This document shows, in pieces, positions 29,493 to 39,451 of a stretch of DNA of 64,000 nucleotides (its first letter is position 1; each line of letters begins with the position of its first letter). A program made the translations under genes and the position numbers. A model generated the notes under the pieces. The model searched no databases and was not told the DNA's origin. It saw only the letters and a list, made by a program, of their open reading frames with translations. The stretch spans positions 5,606 through 69,605 of IMG/VR virus record IMGVR_UViG_3300029543_000205. One strand, written 5' to 3'. Source of the stretch: a virus (Duplodnaviria > Heunggongvirae > Uroviricota > Caudoviricetes).

Positions 29493-29564
29493 CGACTCTA
29501 TTGGGAATCGAACCCAAATTTTCCGATAGACAGTCGGGCGTAATAACCTTTATACCATAGAGTC
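29493..29564 (-). tRNA. tRNA-Asp(GTC)
   Basis: Acceptor GACUCUA/UAGAGUC, anticodon loop CUGUCUA, T-arm UUGGG-UUCGAUU-CCCAA. Confidence 0.6.
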
Positions 29565-29687
29565 AAAACCACAAAGTAAAATGCGACCTCACACCGCGGA
29601 ATCGAACCGTTCCTTTCTCTATTGGTTTTTGGATAGAGAATGTGCAACCCATACACCTACGAATCGAACGTATCCTTTACTTTGCCA

Positions 29688-29771
29688 CGCCGTGTTAGGG
29701 ATTTGAACCCCAGAGACTTTTACATCCAGACGGTTTTCAAGACCGCACCCTCGACCAACCGGACACACGGC
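29688..29771 (-). tRNA. tRNA-Ser(TGA), class II
   Basis: Acceptor GCCGUGU/ACACGGC perfect, anticodon stem GCGGU/ACCGU loop CUUGAAA, long variable arm, T-arm UGGGG-UUCAAAU-CCCUA. Confidence 0.5.
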
Positions 29772-29885
29772 AGAGTAGTTTTCCCTTGGTAACGTACAAG
29801 TCGGAGATCCTCTTCCGCCGGTCGTAAACGCCCTTTCATAACCTTTTTATGGAGTGCTTTGAAAGAGTAAGTCAAGTGTCTCCAA

Positions 29886-29957
29886 CTGGCAAGGTGGGGA
29901 TCGAACCCACGACATTCTGATTAACAGTCAGACGCTCTACCACTGAGCTACAAGCCA
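29886..29957 (-). tRNA. tRNA-Asn(GTT)
   Basis: D-arm GCUC-AGUGGUA-GAGC, anticodon stem UCUGA/UCAGA loop CUGUUAA, T-arm GUGGG-UUCGAUC-CCCAC; two U-U mismatches in acceptor. Confidence 0.5.
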
Positions 29958-29960
29958 TTA

Positions 29961-30035
29961 TTGGAGTAGCAGGACTCGAACCTGCGCTAACCAACATCCG
30001 TAGTGTTGTGCTCTATCCATCTGAGCTATACTCCA
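29961..30035 (-). tRNA. tRNA-Arg(ACG)
   Basis: Acceptor UGGAGUA/UACUCCA, D-arm GCUC-AGAUGGAUA-GAGC, anticodon stem CAACA/UGUUG loop CUACGGA, T-arm GCAGG-UUCGAGU-CCUGC; 3 nt from preceding tRNA. Confidence 0.65.
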
Positions 30036-30525
30036 ATGCAGTCCGGCGGTAGCTTGGATGGTTGCCACTACCGAACCGATGCAACGTGTAAGACAGTTGC
30101 CAACAAAGGTATTTCATTTTTTAATGTGGTTCTCGGACCTTACACCCCTCCACATGGTTCTCATAATCCACCGACTACATACTCAAAGAACCTTTGACGA
30201 GTCCAACTCTTTATCGCCTTACCTCGGATGTACGTTGTTATCGCAGTTCTCCGCCTCTACTACATTCCTCTGCGCCTGACTAAGCATGACGGCTCGATTG
30301 GTTACGGCTCACGCACATCTGTAATCAGGTCTTTCTCGGAAGTTTCCACCGCCGCTTAAATCGCTGTAACGCTCATGCACTCTAAGCAGTAAATTTTCCG
30401 CACCGGAGTTTTTCTTGAAAACTCTTGGTAATGTAAAAGCACTTGGTGATCACCGGAACCTCGCCACCGCCAATTTTCTTTCCTGTTAAAGCCGGACTAA
30501 GAAAATCAGTTAAGAAATCCGCTCG

Positions 30526-30598
30526 TCCTACGGTGGGGAGTTGAACCCCACTTTCCCCGGCATGGTGTCCGTGGCATTTCCAGTTATGCTATCGTAGG
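30526..30598 (-). tRNA. tRNA-like/pseudo-tRNA (anticodon arm not resolvable by eye)
   Basis: Acceptor CCUACGA/CCGUAGG (1 mismatch), D-arm GCAU-AACUGGAA-AUGC, T-arm UGGGG-UUCAACU-CCCCA. Confidence 0.3.
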
Positions 30599-30802
30599 CA
30601 CCGTTGCAACAGTGGTCTTTAGCGTGACTTACGCAAGCTCTCCTATTTTAAGTCCTGTCGGCTTTCCCTGACTGCTCAAATAAGCCTCGTCAATGAGCTT
30701 TGCAATCTCCCTATTTTCCGATTGCTTCCCACGGCTTTCGCCAAAACTAATTATCAGTGAATACTAAACCAACTGTAAACAGTCAGCGTAATTCAACCGA
30801 AG

Positions 30803-30874
30803 TGTTCGGTATGGGATTTGAACCCATGTTTCCACCGTGAAAGGGTAGTGTCTTGACCGCTTGACTAACCGAAC
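30803..30874 (-). tRNA. tRNA-Glu(TTC)
   Basis: Acceptor GUUCGGU/ACCGAAC, anticodon stem CUACC/GGUGG loop CUUUCAC, T-arm AUGGG-UUCAAAU-CCCAU. Confidence 0.65.
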
Positions 30875-31013
30875 CGGTGCGGTTGTTGCTTTTTGTCTGG
30901 AAGATAGGATCCATTCAACCGCCAAAATCATAACCAGGTTCTTGCTGTTCTCCGCAAAGAAAGTCTGTCCGCGTCCAAAACATTCAATGTGGATAGGTTG
31001 CAATCTACCTAAA

Positions 31014-31093
31014 TGGGCGAAAGAGGAATTGAACCTCCAATGTTTACCACGAGGGAACGGATTTACAGTCCGCCGCAACACCACCAATCGTTG
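31014..31093 (-). tRNA. tRNA-Tyr(GTA)
   Basis: Acceptor GGGCGAA/UUCGCCC, D-arm GCAAC-GAUUGGUGGU-GUUGC, anticodon stem GCGGA/UCCGU loop CUGUAAA, long variable region, T-arm GGAGG-UUCAAUU-CCUCU. Confidence 0.55.
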
Positions 31094-31221
31094 CCGTTCG
31101 CCCGGAATTTTCTTTGTATCGCCAAGAACATTAGGAAAGAAGCGGTAGGAACCTTAATCGCAAGAGCTACGCCCACAGGTGGAATCGAACCACCACACTA
31201 CACCAAGTTCGCTCCGATCAT

Positions 31222-31533
31222 TTAGCGATTCACTTCATCTTTCAGAGCCTTGCCTGCTTTGAACTTAGGTGCCTTGCAAGCCGGAATGGTAATCTCTTTT
31301 CCGTTCTGAGGATTCTTTCCGATTCTGGCAGCACGCTCAGTTACTTCAAACGTACCGAATCCAACCAACTGTACTTTTCCACCCTTGCCGAGTTCTCCGC
31401 CGACAACTTCCACAAATGCGTTGAGTGCCTTTTCAGCATCACTCTTGGAAAGTCCGGCTCTTTCAGCCATAGCCTGTACTAATTCAGCTTTATTCATTGC
31501 TCTGTACCTCCGTTGTTGATGAAAGATCTCCAA
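31222..31533 (-). CDS. hup: HU-family DNA-binding protein (likely start MNKAELV at ~31497)
   Basis: [28 protein letters not shown]...[28 protein letters not shown] canonical HU/IHF fold. Confidence 0.75.
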   Translation of the reverse strand: MEIFHQQRRYRAMNKAELVQAMAERAGLSKSDAEKALNAFVEVVGGELGKGGKVQLVGFGTFEVTERAARIGKNPQNGKEITIPACKAPKFKAGKALKDEVNR

Positions 31534-32485
31534 TGTCTACGATTGTGTCTGTGCCATCAGACAGCGACACTTTCGGCAGTGCGCCGTCCCACTTCTCCAA
31601 ATACATCTGCTGCAAAATCTTATCCGTCAGCGAATCATTCAACAGCTTATTGGCATCCGCCTCTCCCTGTGCTTTAATAACGGCAGCATCAGCTTCGCCC
31701 TGTGCCTGAGTGGTTTTTACCTTGGCATCTGCCTCAGCGGCTTCAATCTTTTTCTGATTTTCAATCTGCTGCTGTTCGTAAGCTAACTGTGCAGTCTGTT
31801 TTTCAGCGATTGCCTGATTGTAACTGTCCTCAAAATCAGTATTTGCAATTACTACCTTGTTGATGATTACAACATCCTCTCCGTACTTCTCGTTGAGGGC
31901 TTTCTGGATGTTCTGCATAGAAATGGGTTCTACAATCCCTCTGTTCGTTGCATCCGTTGAGGTCAAGGACTTACTGCTTGTCTTGATTGCGGAAGCCACA
32001 AGTGTCTGCGTCACAAGGTTTTCCTTGTAGTTGCTGACGTTGGCATAAATCCATGCAGACATTTCCGGGTTGATCTGGTATGTAACTGTGATGCCGTCAT
32101 AATACAGTGCTGTTCTTTCTGATGTTTCAGACCAAATCTGTCCGTCAAATACAATGTCCTGCTGCTTGTTGTTGACTTTCTCAATCTTCTGGATGAATGG
32201 AATCTTCCAGTTTGCACCATTCTGTATTGTTGTCTCATCAATCTGTCCGAATGTGCTCTTAACTCCGGTATATCCGGTCGGTATAATCACAAGTGAATTT
32301 CCTACTCCGAATACAATCAGACCAACAAGTACAACAACAACAAAACCTTTTGGGAATTTTGCTTTCTCATTTCCCTTTTCCTCGATTTCATACTGTTTCA
32401 TCGAATATCCGGCAATGATGCCACCGAAGAAAAGCACAATACCGATGATTGTCAAAATGATACTCATTTCATTCTCCTTTTCCAT
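31490..32485 (-). CDS. SPFH/Band 7 (HflC/prohibitin-like) membrane protein
   Basis: N-terminal TM helix, SPFH core, C-terminal [20 protein letters not shown] coiled-coil. Confidence 0.6.
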   Translation of the reverse strand: MEKENEMSIILTIIGIVLFFGGIIAGYSMKQYEIEEKGNEKAKFPKGFVVVVLVGLIVFGVGNSLVIIPTGYTGVKSTFGQIDETTIQNGANWKIPFIQKIEKVNNKQQDIVFDGQIWSETSERTALYYDGITVTYQINPEMSAWIYANVSNYKENLVTQTLVASAIKTSSKSLTSTDATNRGIVEPISMQNIQKALNEKYGEDVVIINKVVIANTDFEDSYNQAIAEKQTAQLAYEQQQIENQKKIEAAEADAKVKTTQAQGEADAAVIKAQGEADANKLLNDSLTDKILQQMYLEKWDGALPKVSLSDGTDTIVDIGDLSSTTEVQSNE

Positions 32486-32627
32486 TTGTATTGCTACCTC
32501 TGGTAGCCGTCACGGTCATGCAGTGAACATCCCGTTTTTGTTTGCACCGCTGCACTCAGCCGCCTTACATCCTCCGGTGTACCTCGGCGTGGCTTCACTT
32601 CCTAGGAAAGTGCCGGATTGCCATGCG

Positions 32628-32701
32628 TGGACCATCAGGGACTCGAACCCCAGACCGTCCGGTTATGAGCCGGATGCTCTAACCAACTGAGCTAATGGTC
32701 C
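32628..32701 (-). tRNA. tRNA-Met/Ile2(CAT), elongator type
   Basis: Acceptor GGACCAU/AUGGUCC, D-arm GCUC-AGUUGGUUA-GAGC, anticodon stem UCCGG/CCGGA loop CUCAUAA, T-loop UUCGAGU. Confidence 0.7.
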
Positions 32702-32802
32702 ATACCTCACACTTTGGGAGATTCCATGTGAGGTTTCGGAGGTTCATCATAAGTGTGAACCCTCCGATGTTGGATTGCTGTCGGGGAACAACAATTCCTA
32801 AG

Positions 32803-32875
32803 TGGGAAGTGTTGGTGTCGAACCAACTCCTATGGATTTTCAGTCCATCGCTTCTACCGAGTTAGCTTACTTCCC
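32803..32875 (-). tRNA. tRNA-Phe(GAA)
   Basis: Acceptor GGGAAGU/ACUUCCC, anticodon stem AUGGA/UCCAU loop CUGAAAA, T-arm GUUGG-UUCGACA-CCAAC. Confidence 0.6.
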
Positions 32876-32981
32876 ATATTACGGCACTGTTGCTGTGCCG
32901 CAATGGTTAGGAGAAACTTTAATGCCAAATACCTTGTGTTCACTCCGCTTAACTTATGTCCGTGTCACTTGGTATGGTCGT

Positions 32982-33010
32982 AGTATAGCCTACTGAACAT
33001 TGTTTGTCAA
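32982..33010 (-). promoter_or_regulatory. near-consensus sigma70-type promoter (TTGACA-17-TATACT) directed into tRNA array
   Basis: Minus-strand TTGACA (plus 33005-33010), 17-nt spacer, TATACT (plus 32982-32987); ~100 nt upstream of tRNA-Phe. Confidence 0.45.
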
Positions 33011-33052
33011 GTGGAATAAACAATTTTTTCAAAAAATTTTAATTTCTAGTGT

Positions 33053-33283
33053 TTATTCGACTTTACAACCATTCTCCTGTATGTCAGTAAGCAACTTACT
33101 TACAGGAATTTTCATAAAATTCGCTATGTCGTATATCTTGTCGATTGGAGGATAACATTTGCATAACTCCCAATCGCTCACGGTATTTTGTGAAACATGA
33201 ACCCCATCCGCAAGTTCTTTCTGTGTAATCTCTAAATTCTGTCTCTCTCTTTTTAGGTTGGTGGCGAAACTGTATTGTCTCAT
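33053..33283 (-). CDS. XRE-family HTH transcriptional regulator
   Basis: ITQKELADGVHVSQNTVSDWE helix-turn-helix. Confidence 0.6.
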   Translation of the reverse strand: MRQYSFATNLKRERQNLEITQKELADGVHVSQNTVSDWELCKCYPPIDKIYDIANFMKIPVSKLLTDIQENGCKVE

Positions 33284-33296
33284 GCTATCCCTTTCT

Positions 33297-34943
33297 CTAT
33301 ATTCCGAGTTCGCTTCTCTTCATTACCTGTCCCTCTCCGCCGAGAAGAGCATCTACAAACTGTGCGAACATTGCCAATGCGTCCGGTGCATCATCGTGTT
33401 TATTCTTTCCAAGCTGTGTGTAACTGCAAAGGAATGACATCATCACACCGTAATCACTCTTAGGTTCATATTCTGTAATATCCTTGAATATAACGTGTTC
33501 CTTAACCCATGAAGAATTGACAATGATCTTGGTCTCTTTGTTCTGGGTCGTGTATTTCTTCGTAATATGGCATCTGCCGCCTTTTTCTCTTACAAGGCGT
33601 TCTACCTCATTGGCGGTACGGCTACCCTCTTTGTTGCTCTCAAACTGTGCCTGCTGCACATGATGTTTCACAAGCATATCTGAGTTGAGTTCGTCCAGAG
33701 TTCCCGGATCGATATTCTTGAATACCAGATCTTCCAGATAATATCTGTCTCCATACTGATAGAAAACTCCGAGGAAGTTGTAGTCTGTACCGGTGTCCTT
33801 AGTATCGCAGATTGCCAATATGGAATCCGGTTCTCTGTCCGGCAGTCCTCCGAGGTATCTCTGTAATTCTGTCGGATGATACAGAATACCCTCTCTCTCG
33901 ATAGGATCACTCTTATACAGGCAACGGTATGAAACATCATCCATAGACATCTCCATGTCATGGAAGTATTTCTCGTCAAATCCGACATCGTAATCATAGT
34001 CGAAGTTGCTTTTTCCGGTCTTAGGGTCAATATCCGGCACGGCAATGAACTCTGCCCTTGGATTGCCCTCATACATCCTTTCAAGCCGTCCTATGACATC
34101 GTGGACGCTCCAACGTGTGGCAATGTGGATTTCCTTTGCCTTTTTCTTTTTACGGGATTTAAGGTCTGTCGTATACTCTCCGTACAGCTTATCCAGACGG
34201 TCAATCGACAATGCCTCTTCAATACCGGAAACCAAATCGTCCACATACAGAAATCCCTCACATCGGGTAACACCGGTAAGTGATCCTCTGATTGGTCTGC
34301 AGGTCAGTGTCTTAAAAGGCTGCCATCTTCCAAGGTTGATTGTTTCCTCTTTTGCATTGTTTCCCTCAAATATCACATCCGGGAACACATCGCTCCAACA
34401 ATACTCATTACTGGTAATAATATTGAGAACTGCGTCATAGAACATTCTCGTCATAAATCCAGAATGAGAGGACATAAGGTTTGGTGTGTTCGGATAATGC
34501 CCCATCACAAACGATATGAAGAACTCTCCCAGAGTGGTCTTGCCGGTTCCGGGTGGCATTGATATTGACAGAATATCCAGCTCATCATCAATGAGCCGTT
34601 GCATCTTCTGTACAAGCCAGTAAATCTTATTTCTTCTCGGCTGATAGTATCTGTCCTCCGGGTCTCTGTCTTTCTCCACATACAGCAAGTAAGAATCGAA
34701 GTCCTTATGTTTCTGTGCCAAGAATAACAAAGCCTGATTATAGAGGTTGTAATACTTTATATCTCCTGTGGAACAAAGCCTCAGTGCAAGGAATCGAACC
34801 TTATTCGCCAATTTCTTTGACAGTTCTTTATCTTCACTGAGGACTTCGTTCGCCATACCGAGCAATGACAGGAGATTGTCGTAATCACTCAGATCGCTTT
34901 TCAAAAGCCGTATGATTATATCTCTGTTCGACAGTTGAGCCAT
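33297..34943 (-). CDS. terL: terminase large subunit
   Basis: Walker A SISMPPGTGKTT; C-terminal RNaseH-like nuclease motif KHDDAPDALAM; 548 aa. Confidence 0.8.
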   Translation of the reverse strand: MAQLSNRDIIIRLLKSDLSDYDNLLSLLGMANEVLSEDKELSKKLANKVRFLALRLCSTGDIKYYNLYNQALLFLAQKHKDFDSYLLYVEKDRDPEDRYYQPRRNKIYWLVQKMQRLIDDELDILSISMPPGTGKTTLGEFFISFVMGHYPNTPNLMSSHSGFMTRMFYDAVLNIITSNEYCWSDVFPDVIFEGNNAKEETINLGRWQPFKTLTCRPIRGSLTGVTRCEGFLYVDDLVSGIEEALSIDRLDKLYGEYTTDLKSRKKKKAKEIHIATRWSVHDVIGRLERMYEGNPRAEFIAVPDIDPKTGKSNFDYDYDVGFDEKYFHDMEMSMDDVSYRCLYKSDPIEREGILYHPTELQRYLGGLPDREPDSILAICDTKDTGTDYNFLGVFYQYGDRYYLEDLVFKNIDPGTLDELNSDMLVKHHVQQAQFESNKEGSRTANEVERLVREKGGRCHITKKYTTQNKETKIIVNSSWVKEHVIFKDITEYEPKSDYGVMMSFLCSYTQLGKNKHDDAPDALAMFAQFVDALLGGEGQVMKRSELGI

Positions 34944-34985
34944 GAAAATTCATCCTTTCTCACGGCTCTACACGGCTCTGTATTT

Positions 34986-35330
34986 TTACATCGGTCTTAT
35001 TACATCAACTCTTGCCCTGACAACAATTCCGCAGTTATTAGAATCTGGTTCTGTGTCGAATACGAGTATTCCGTCTTGTGCAAGTTTCATACCCATTTCT
35101 TGTGCCATTTCCCTATGTACAAAACCTGCTATATCCTCTCGACCCGCTTGGAATATATTAAGGTGTTTGCATACCTGATACGTCTCTATCGGTCTGAAAG
35201 TGTAGGTGTTTTGAAATTCAACGGACGGTTCCGGCATTGGCATTGGTTGATCTTGTAACTTCCTCTGTGGTCTTTTCCGCCAATGTGGTTTATTGTTTCT
35301 CTTTCTCTGTCTCATCATTGGTTTTACCAT
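34986..35330 (-). CDS. hypothetical basic protein upstream of terL
   Basis: 114-aa ORF. Confidence 0.3.
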   Translation of the reverse strand: MVKPMMRQRKRNNKPHWRKRPQRKLQDQPMPMPEPSVEFQNTYTFRPIETYQVCKHLNIFQAGREDIAGFVHREMAQEMGMKLAQDGILVFDTEPDSNNCGIVVRARVDVIRPM

Positions 35331-35556
35331 CTTTCTTCTGTTGCCTATCTCTCACGCTCTTACTGCAAACACTCAGGATAACCATATTCAGATGATCGTT
35401 CTGCTTTCTGAGCTGTGTGTTCTGTTCTAAGAGCAGTTCATTCATCTGCGTGATTTCCTTTTTTACATCGTTGTTGGACTTTGCATCTTTCCAACTCACA
35501 AAGATATAAATTCCCAGTACCACAAACCATATAAGTGCAAAAATCAAATCTTTCAT
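35290..35556 (-). CDS. small membrane protein (N-terminal TM helix, coiled-coil)
   Basis: MKDLIFALIWFVVLGIYIFVSW hydrophobic segment. Confidence 0.3.
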   Translation of the reverse strand: MKDLIFALIWFVVLGIYIFVSWKDAKSNNDVKKEITQMNELLLEQNTQLRKQNDHLNMVILSVCSKSVRDRQQKKDGKTNDETEKEKQ

Positions 35557-35558
35557 CT

Positions 35559-35891
35559 CTATTCCTCCGGCATATAATATAATCCATTGTCATAAAACTT
35601 CACGTCCGGCTCTCTGTCCGCACTTTTCAGCAGAATCACATTTCCGTTTGCAAAGTTTTTCATTGCATCCGGCGGTAATTCTGCATTTTTTAACATCATA
35701 TATGGGGAGAATAAGATTTGCAGCATTTCATTGTAAACCTGAGTTGTTCTTTCTTCCGTCTTATACTTCCCAATCACTGTGTTGTCCGCAAATATTCGTT
35801 CCTGACTTACGAATATTTCTTTTACGTTATTCAAATTGATTGTAGTGTCTCTATCCTGATTTACTATGAACATCACTCGTCCTCCAACCAC
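35559..35891 (-). CDS. hypothetical protein
   Basis: 110-aa ORF. Confidence 0.3.
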   Translation of the reverse strand: MVGGRVMFIVNQDRDTTINLNNVKEIFVSQERIFADNTVIGKYKTEERTTQVYNEMLQILFSPYMMLKNAELPPDAMKNFANGNVILLKSADREPDVKFYDNGLYYMPEE

Positions 35892-36670
35892 TTGTTATCC
35901 AAATAGCAGAATCCATACACCGCAGCTCCTATAACGACAATCCATAACATCCAGAATCCGGCCAACATCGCCGTACTGCTGCTTACCATGTAATCCACAG
36001 CACTATCTAACGTATCAGTCTGAATGAACGGTGTTCCATCCTCTATTGTATTATCTTTGAGATTGGCATAGATAACTCCACTGTATTCTGTGTTGATAAC
36101 ATAGTACAAATACCTCACATTGGACGATTGCTTGATCGTATCATACAGGTAAGACCCCGGCATCTGGATTTTTCCATACGGAAACTCCACACCAAGGAAT
36201 GATACTGTTTGACTATGGTTTTCCCAACTATCGTAGTAATCCCACGAATAATATACCTCCGTGGTGTAATAAGTCTGAGATTTTCCATTTACCGTCCGTG
36301 TATGTGCCACCTGTCTCGTGTGACGGTTATAGTGTTGTTCCTCAACCTTTATGTAGGCAGCTGGTACTCCACCTATGCCCGGATCTGTAACAGGATCTAC
36401 TGCCACCAGATTTCCTTTCACAAACGCATTTCCTACATCAGTTCGCATACCGTACCGAAACAGCTCCGCATTTCCATCAATCTGCATAGCTTGATAGTAT
36501 TCCTGATTCTGTTCGTCATTGTGTGAAGCTATCTTTTCGCTGATGAAAAATCCACCCGTGAGCATGACAAGGATAATGACGACGCTAAACATGAGTTCTC
36601 GCACCGTCAAATCCCAACCACTGCCGGAGTAGATTATCGTACTCCATTTTCTCATAGGCTTATTCTCCAA
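35873..36670 (-). CDS. membrane protein (N- and C-terminal TM helices)
   Basis: 265 aa; FSVVIILVMLTGGFF and MLAGFWMLWIVVIGAAVYGF. Confidence 0.4.
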   Translation of the reverse strand: MENKPMRKWSTIIYSGSGWDLTVRELMFSVVIILVMLTGGFFISEKIASHNDEQNQEYYQAMQIDGNAELFRYGMRTDVGNAFVKGNLVAVDPVTDPGIGGVPAAYIKVEEQHYNRHTRQVAHTRTVNGKSQTYYTTEVYYSWDYYDSWENHSQTVSFLGVEFPYGKIQMPGSYLYDTIKQSSNVRYLYYVINTEYSGVIYANLKDNTIEDGTPFIQTDTLDSAVDYMVSSSTAMLAGFWMLWIVVIGAAVYGFCYLDNKWLEDE

Positions 36671-37205
36671 ACAGATTGCTTACCGGCTGCCTGTCCTCTG
36701 TGCTGTATTCCAAATATGAATAATTGATAACCTCATATCCCATCATTCCTAAGATCTGCTTATGAGGAAACTTACGCACATATTTCTTGTATGCCCGGAC
36801 TTCATTGTTGTAAGACTGTCTGTACTGTGCAATCAGGTTTTCAGTCGTAGACAATTCATTCATAAGCTCTTTGTAATTTTCATTCGATTTCAGTTCCGGG
36901 TACTGCTCCGCAACCGCAGCAATGGAAGTTGTGACATTCTCAATATCCACACCGCCATTATTCCTTGCGTCAACAACTGCCAGAAGTGTATCTGCCTCAT
37001 GTTTATCGTATTCCTTTACACAGTCTGCCAGATTGTAAATGAGATCGGTTCTGCGTTTCTCCTGTGTCTGCACATCAGAATCCGCCGTAAGAACCTGTTC
37101 CTCTAACGAGATGGCTCTATTGTTCGTGGTTACGAAAATTCCTGCAATCAGTAATACAAATGCGGCTACAATGCCGACAATAATCCATGTTCCTTTATTT
37201 TTCAT
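36660..37205 (-). CDS. LemA-family membrane protein
   Basis: N-terminal TM then ...LIAQYRQSYNNEVRAYKKYVRKFPHKQILGMMGYE typical LemA. Confidence 0.55.
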   Translation of the reverse strand: MKNKGTWIIVGIVAAFVLLIAGIFVTTNNRAISLEEQVLTADSDVQTQEKRRTDLIYNLADCVKEYDKHEADTLLAVVDARNNGGVDIENVTTSIAAVAEQYPELKSNENYKELMNELSTTENLIAQYRQSYNNEVRAYKKYVRKFPHKQILGMMGYEVINYSYLEYSTEDRQPVSNLFGE

Positions 37206-37409
37206 TGTTCTTGCCCTCCATCTTTAGCATAAATTTATTTTCTGCCAGAACCATTCCTCCTAGAGTTTCCGTAAAAATTGGTTCTGTTCCGTTGTAAATC
37301 TGAAAATCAATATCATTCCGGCAAACGGCATCGCCACCCTCTACCGGAATTGCCGCCAGGACTTCTCTCGTCCCGGTCTTATAAACTACCACCGTTGTCA
37401 TAACGTACC

Positions 37410-38177
37410 TCACATGAAATAGTTGTAGTCCACACCGTATTTTGCCATGATGAGACTCTTTGCCATTTCTTCCAACTTCTGGTGTTCGGTTGCATCCAAA
37501 TACACACCCTCATAGGTTCTACCCTGACATCCCATCCAATCATACTTGCAATGCAGGAGTTCATGCACCAGATCCTTTTCCATGCAATGTTTGAACAGTG
37601 TATTGTTCTCTTTGTAAGATTCATCGCTAAGCAACTGGATATTCGCTTGACTGGATTCAAAAATGAATGTGTTATATCCGGCAGCGTCAATTACCTCTTC
37701 TCCGTCAGGATTCATGATCTTATCTTTAACGTGTGCCAGTATCAGCCACCCATCAAGGAATAGTCTGTGCTGCCACTCTCTTAGGCACTCTTCTAACTGT
37801 TCCTGGTTTTTGAATATGTCTATCGGTTTTTCTTTCCCCTCTCTCTTTTCGAGAGTTCCGCAAGTGTTGTTTTCAAAAGCCGTACCGTCCGCAACGGAAA
37901 AGCACCATTTATCTCCATATCTGCGACCGCACACATAATCCCCTATCTTTACCGGTATTTTGCATCCGCACTGATTTCCTATGTTGGCAATAAGCACCAA
38001 CCCGCCTTTTACGGTGCTATGGTCTATGAAAAAGTTCTCTCCACTGGCAGTCATATAATCATCAATTTTCTTGCCGCAAGTAAGCAGATCGAACATTTCA
38101 CGCTGATTTTCCCCAGTCCACATCATGGTTTTTACTTCATCCGGGGACTGCGGTTTCAAGTTCAAATTATCCATCAT
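37410..38177 (-). CDS. putative HExxH metallopeptidase-like protein
   Basis: DLVHELLHCKYDW (HExxH) motif; Cys-rich N-terminal region. Confidence 0.35.
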   Translation of the reverse strand: MMDNLNLKPQSPDEVKTMMWTGENQREMFDLLTCGKKIDDYMTASGENFFIDHSTVKGGLVLIANIGNQCGCKIPVKIGDYVCGRRYGDKWCFSVADGTAFENNTCGTLEKREGKEKPIDIFKNQEQLEECLREWQHRLFLDGWLILAHVKDKIMNPDGEEVIDAAGYNTFIFESSQANIQLLSDESYKENNTLFKHCMEKDLVHELLHCKYDWMGCQGRTYEGVYLDATEHQKLEEMAKSLIMAKYGVDYNYFM

Positions 38178-38526
38178 TCGCTCTCCTTTACTTTCTTGGC
38201 AGATTTTACCTTGATTTTCTTTCTACCGAACTGCTGATATACCAGAGCAGACGCATGAACACTGTCCGTGCTGCATACGGTAACAGTTCTGCGGATTGGT
38301 TTTCTCTCAATGGTTTCAAACACTACTTTGTACCACCGTTGTTTCATTAGTTCTGCCCTCCTGTATTCTCCCGTATATTCTTTCGCACTTTTCGGCGTGT
38401 TCACATCTGATTGTGGTTAATGCCCTTTGGGTATGATCCGCCAATACAGTAATATCAACCTTATCAACGTCAGCCTCAAAATCAGGGCAGAAAGCACAAT
38501 AATCTTTCACTCTGAGTTCCATTCCA

Positions 38527-38847
38527 TTATCCATGACATCCCACCGCCTTTAACATACTGATTTTCTCTACCAGAACATCAACCGTTGCGTTGAGTTTGC
38601 TGTTCTTAATGCAAACTTCCTGATAGTCCTCATATAACTTTCCACCGTTCAGCATTTCAGTCTGTTCCTTGACTGTGGCATTCAACTCTGCATTGAAACT
38701 TTCAAGCTGTTCAATCTGTTTCCTCAGATCATCATTCTCTTTTTCTGCTTGCATATTTCTTTCTGCCAGAGATTTCTTGTTTGCTTTCAGTTTTTCGACC
38801 TCACTCGTAAGTTCTCCGAGTTTCTTTATCATTTCCTGCTCAGACAT
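38527..38847 (-). CDS. coiled-coil protein
   Basis: 106 aa heptad-rich. Confidence 0.3.
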   Translation of the reverse strand: MSEQEMIKKLGELTSEVEKLKANKKSLAERNMQAEKENDDLRKQIEQLESFNAELNATVKEQTEMLNGGKLYEDYQEVCIKNSKLNATVDVLVEKISMLKAVGCHG

Positions 38848-39451
38848 GGTTCCTTTTTCCTCCCTGTTTTACCCTCCCACGGAGAAAAAAGTCCTCGTAT
38901 ATCGCTTTGATAACTTCCGCATCGTAGAGTGCATTGTGTTTTTGACCTTTCGGCAAATCAATTCCTCTGTCTGTAAGGAGCTGTTCTCTCGAAATGTCAA
39001 AAGCTGCCTTTTCTGAAATATCCAGAATCATTGAAATGTCCTGGCAGAGATCGTGGCAAAACGGATTGATGTACTCCGGCAGCAACATAGCTCCGTCTGC
39101 AATCAGTTCGCATAATAAAACCATATCGTAATGGCACACATCAGAGACAAACTGAATATCATCTCCGAAGCCATCAAGCCAATTAAGCAATTCTGTTCTC
39201 ACATCGTCCCTGTTGCCGATTACTCTTGTCGTAAGCTCATCCTCTTCCAGTTCTTTTTCCAGCTCCGTGTTGCCGCTCAGGAGCAGATGATCCAGCACAT
39301 TCTTGGTAATCCAATCATCGCACTGCGTCTCATCGTAATCGGTCAGCTCCGCATAAAATCTTTCGCCCTCATCAGAAACCAGTCCGATGCTTATGAGTGT
39401 TGTGTTCTGATGCAGACCGGTAAACTCTGTGTCAAAAAATATCTTTCTCAT
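38840..39451 (-). CDS. DEDDh 3'-5' exonuclease (DnaQ-like)
   Basis: Exo I FFDTEFTGL, Exo III HNALYDAEV. Confidence 0.65.
   Translation of the reverse strand: MRKIFFDTEFTGLHQNTTLISIGLVSDEGERFYAELTDYDETQCDDWITKNVLDHLLLSGNTELEKELEEDELTTRVIGNRDDVRTELLNWLDGFGDDIQFVSDVCHYDMVLLCELIADGAMLLPEYINPFCHDLCQDISMILDISEKAAFDISREQLLTDRGIDLPKGQKHNALYDAEVIKAIYEDFFLRGRVKQGGKRNHV

Noticed and set aside
29585-29687. Two T-loop motifs (ggaatcgaaccg, cgaatcgaacg) as additional tRNAs
   Set aside because: Too close together and to tRNA-Ser(TGA). No acceptor complementarity. Interpreted as tRNA 3'-fragment remnants.
29332-30279. Small plus-strand ORFs (65-73 aa) within the tRNA array
   Set aside because: They overlap tRNA genes on the opposite strand and have no RBS; spurious.
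31150-31215. GGUGG-UUCGAUU-CCACC hairpin after HU as a tRNA
   Set aside because: No D or anticodon arms, and the 5' region would lie inside the HU coding sequence. Likely a fragment or terminator-like hairpin.
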